This document shows positions 61,900 to 64,000 of a stretch of 64,000 nt of DNA, piece after piece. The stretch comes from Raillietiella orientalis (lineage: Eukaryota): positions 2,418,001-2,482,000 of the forward strand of contig JAYWIR010000004.1 in assembly GCA_036172245.1 (NCBI GenBank). The letters are read 5' to 3'. A program made the position numbers and the translations under genes. The first letter of the stretch is position 1. Every line of letters begins with the position of its first letter. The notes under the pieces were generated by a model. It saw only the letters and a program-made list of their open reading frames with translations. It made no database searches and was not told the DNA's origin.

Positions 61900-64000
61900 C
61901 TTGTGGAACATGCCAGAACCTTCCTGAACAGGGCAAGCGGGAATCAGCGCCGGAAATTTCCGGTTCACCACGGTTTAAGAGCTGAAAAATTATGAGGGAG
62001 GGGGAGGGAAGGGAGGGAAGGCTGGAAGACACAGAGCAGGGACAGCTCAGTACCTTGAAGATAAGTGGTGGTGGGATAAACCGTTTCCCAGACGTCCGGT
62101 CCCTCACTTCCTCCCGTGCTCTGAGAGAGAACGGTGACGACCACACGCCTGCGCGGATTAGGCTCCAGTGCTTCTCCATGCGTGCCATCTCTAGAGCAGA
62201 GGTGGGAAACAAAGGGTGAATGGAATGGGGTGAGTTCGAGCAGCGAGGCGCCGGGCGGCCGAGCTGCAAAGAACTCCGGAGGTCTTTCTACGAAGGCGAT
62301 GATGCGGTTGCTGCAGGGTAGCGGGCCAAAAAGCATCGCGTGTCAGTGCAGCTGCGGTCTCTGATCCAGTCTTTCGGTCGCCGGGCCTTCGAAGGCAACA
62401 TCGAATCCTCCAAACGAGGACTTGATCTCCAGACGAGATTCAGAAGTGGAATTGCCATTCGTCAAAAGAGCCAGATCCGTCCGTCTTCCTCTCGGAAGGC
62501 GGTCACGGCGAGATTTTTCCTCGTTCACGGAAAAAAAACCCAACTCTGAGCCTTGGAAACCTTCCAATCGTGAAGATTCGACGGAAGATCCGGTGCTCTG
62601 AGGAGCGGTGCCGCCGCTTCCGGGACGCTCTGGAAACCCCTGTAGGACGCATGATGCCCTGGAGTCAGGTTTCCTTAAGGTAGAACTGATCGATCAGGTG
62701 ATCCAGATTGTATCCGAAGATCCAGGTGTTTGCGTGCCCAAGTTTTTTTTTGTCGCTGTTCTTTGGAAGTGTTCCAAAAGAGATGCGTATCCGTGACATG
62801 AAATCATCACGACCTGTTAACAGCAGCTTCTCTCCGGTGGTTTGGTCCATCTGGAACGGAAGGGGGGGTGCTCCCGCTCTGCCGAACTTCTGGCAAAACT
62901 TTCAGCAGCTTCAAGCGCAGCGCACGCAGCAAGTCCTCTCAGGTCCGTGTTTTCTAGCGTCCACATCAGCGGCTCCAACAGGCTATTTTGGATAGGAAAG
63001 AAGGGGAAGGTGCAGCGGGTGATCAGGCTGTTTATAACTCCTCCTCTTCCTAGGACTGATATTTGCGGTACTCGTGGTGCTGCCACCAGATGTTTGGAAA
63101 GGTCTTTCCCTCGGGCGAACTCTCTGCTGCCTGCGCTCGAGATGCTTTTTCTTCTCGGGACAGAAAAGCGTTCCAAGTGAGTCCTCTCACTTGGGATGCT
63201 TTTCTCAGCTGTCCAGGGATCTCGGAAAGCGTCGGTCTGCGAGTCATCCCCGGGCAGAATTCCCTCAAGGGAGAGCGAGCGCCTCCCCAGTTCTTGCCGC
63301 TCTGAGCATCACGGCAGCGAATAGATGGCGTGGAGTCGCTGCTTTGTTCCCGAGGGACTCTTCGCAGAGGGCGCACCCTTCGTTTGAGGAGAGCGCGACC
63401 TCCGCGGCCTGGCCGATATCGCTGGTTTGGTTTTCGGCGAACCAGATGCCAGTAGAAGCGTCCTCTGGGGTGCTAACCCTGCCCCTGATTATTGGAGGAT
63501 CTCGGGACACGGAGTGTTCTCCGTGAAAGGAGGAACTCATTGTCCAGAATGGACGAGGATCAAGAAGAGGGCTCGATGGGAGCATTCTCCTGTGTCGGGG
63601 GCCAAAGAAGTGAGCTCATGCGCGAGGTTCCTAACTGGAGTTCCACTCCCCGGATCCCTACTCTCCAAACCGGAAGGGTAAGCCACCTCCCAAGCTAAAG
63701 GACAGTCGTCTGCTGGTGCGTGGTTCTCCCTGCTGGCCTCCCCCGACTTTTAGAGCCGCTTTCCTGTCCCCCTGCTGCGTGGTGGCTTTCCAGAGCCCTC
63801 GAGGCGCGTGTCTTCACGCGGCCACCCACCTGCACGCACGCCCACGAGTGCAGGCAAAAATCGACTCTGCCGGACCGCGTTGCCGGGGGAACCGCGCGCG
63901 CGCGGAAAGCGTTTCGAAAGCTACGAATAGCCGGGCGGAAGAATCCACGCATCCGACCTCCGTGGCGCCCTCCGCGGCCCGCGGTCAGCGTTTGTCTTCG
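61900..64000 (-). mobile_element. Decayed L1/Tx1-like LINE RT region
   Basis: PTLSEI..KASQVRGLT, WTLENTDLRGLA (L.NTDYK.LA), MDQTTGEK..FMSRIRISFG and GYN..FYLKET*LQG. Confidence 0.6.

Noticed and set aside
18900..64000. Numerous long overlapping ORFs (for example 20602-21732, 31442-32428, 37087-38307, 46607-47326, 61183-61971) as novel genes
   Set aside because: Their Arg/Pro/Gly/Ser-rich translations are typical of GC-rich non-coding DNA. Many overlap LINE fossils, and none gives a coherent exon chain.

Overview
Eukaryotic (metazoan, probably arthropod-like, inferred from SAM-synthetase motifs) genomic window. Three intact spliced + strand genes were reconstructed by hand: S-adenosylmethionine synthetase (9 exons, 398 aa), a SPATA20/YyaL thioredoxin plus glycosidase-like protein (9 exons, about 732 aa) and a pancreatic-lipase-family protein with a PLAT-like C-terminus (10 exons, about 589 aa). 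Most introns are very short (36-59 nt). Much of the remaining intergenic and large-intron sequence reads as heavily decayed non-LTR retrotransposon fossils: about 16 L1/Tx1-like pieces and one RTE-like piece. They are recognisable only by corrupted APE, RT and zinc-finger motifs in the right order, and they explain many of the spurious ORFs. Other points of interest: competing 3' splice sites in the one long SAM-synthetase intron (the position regulated by m6A in nematodes), a lipase micro-exon whose skipping makes a junction stop codon, CpG-poor versus CpG-rich domains, a LINE 3' fragment with an 11-bp TSD, and a MITE-like inverted repeat. Fossil boundaries are approximate and no database search was run.
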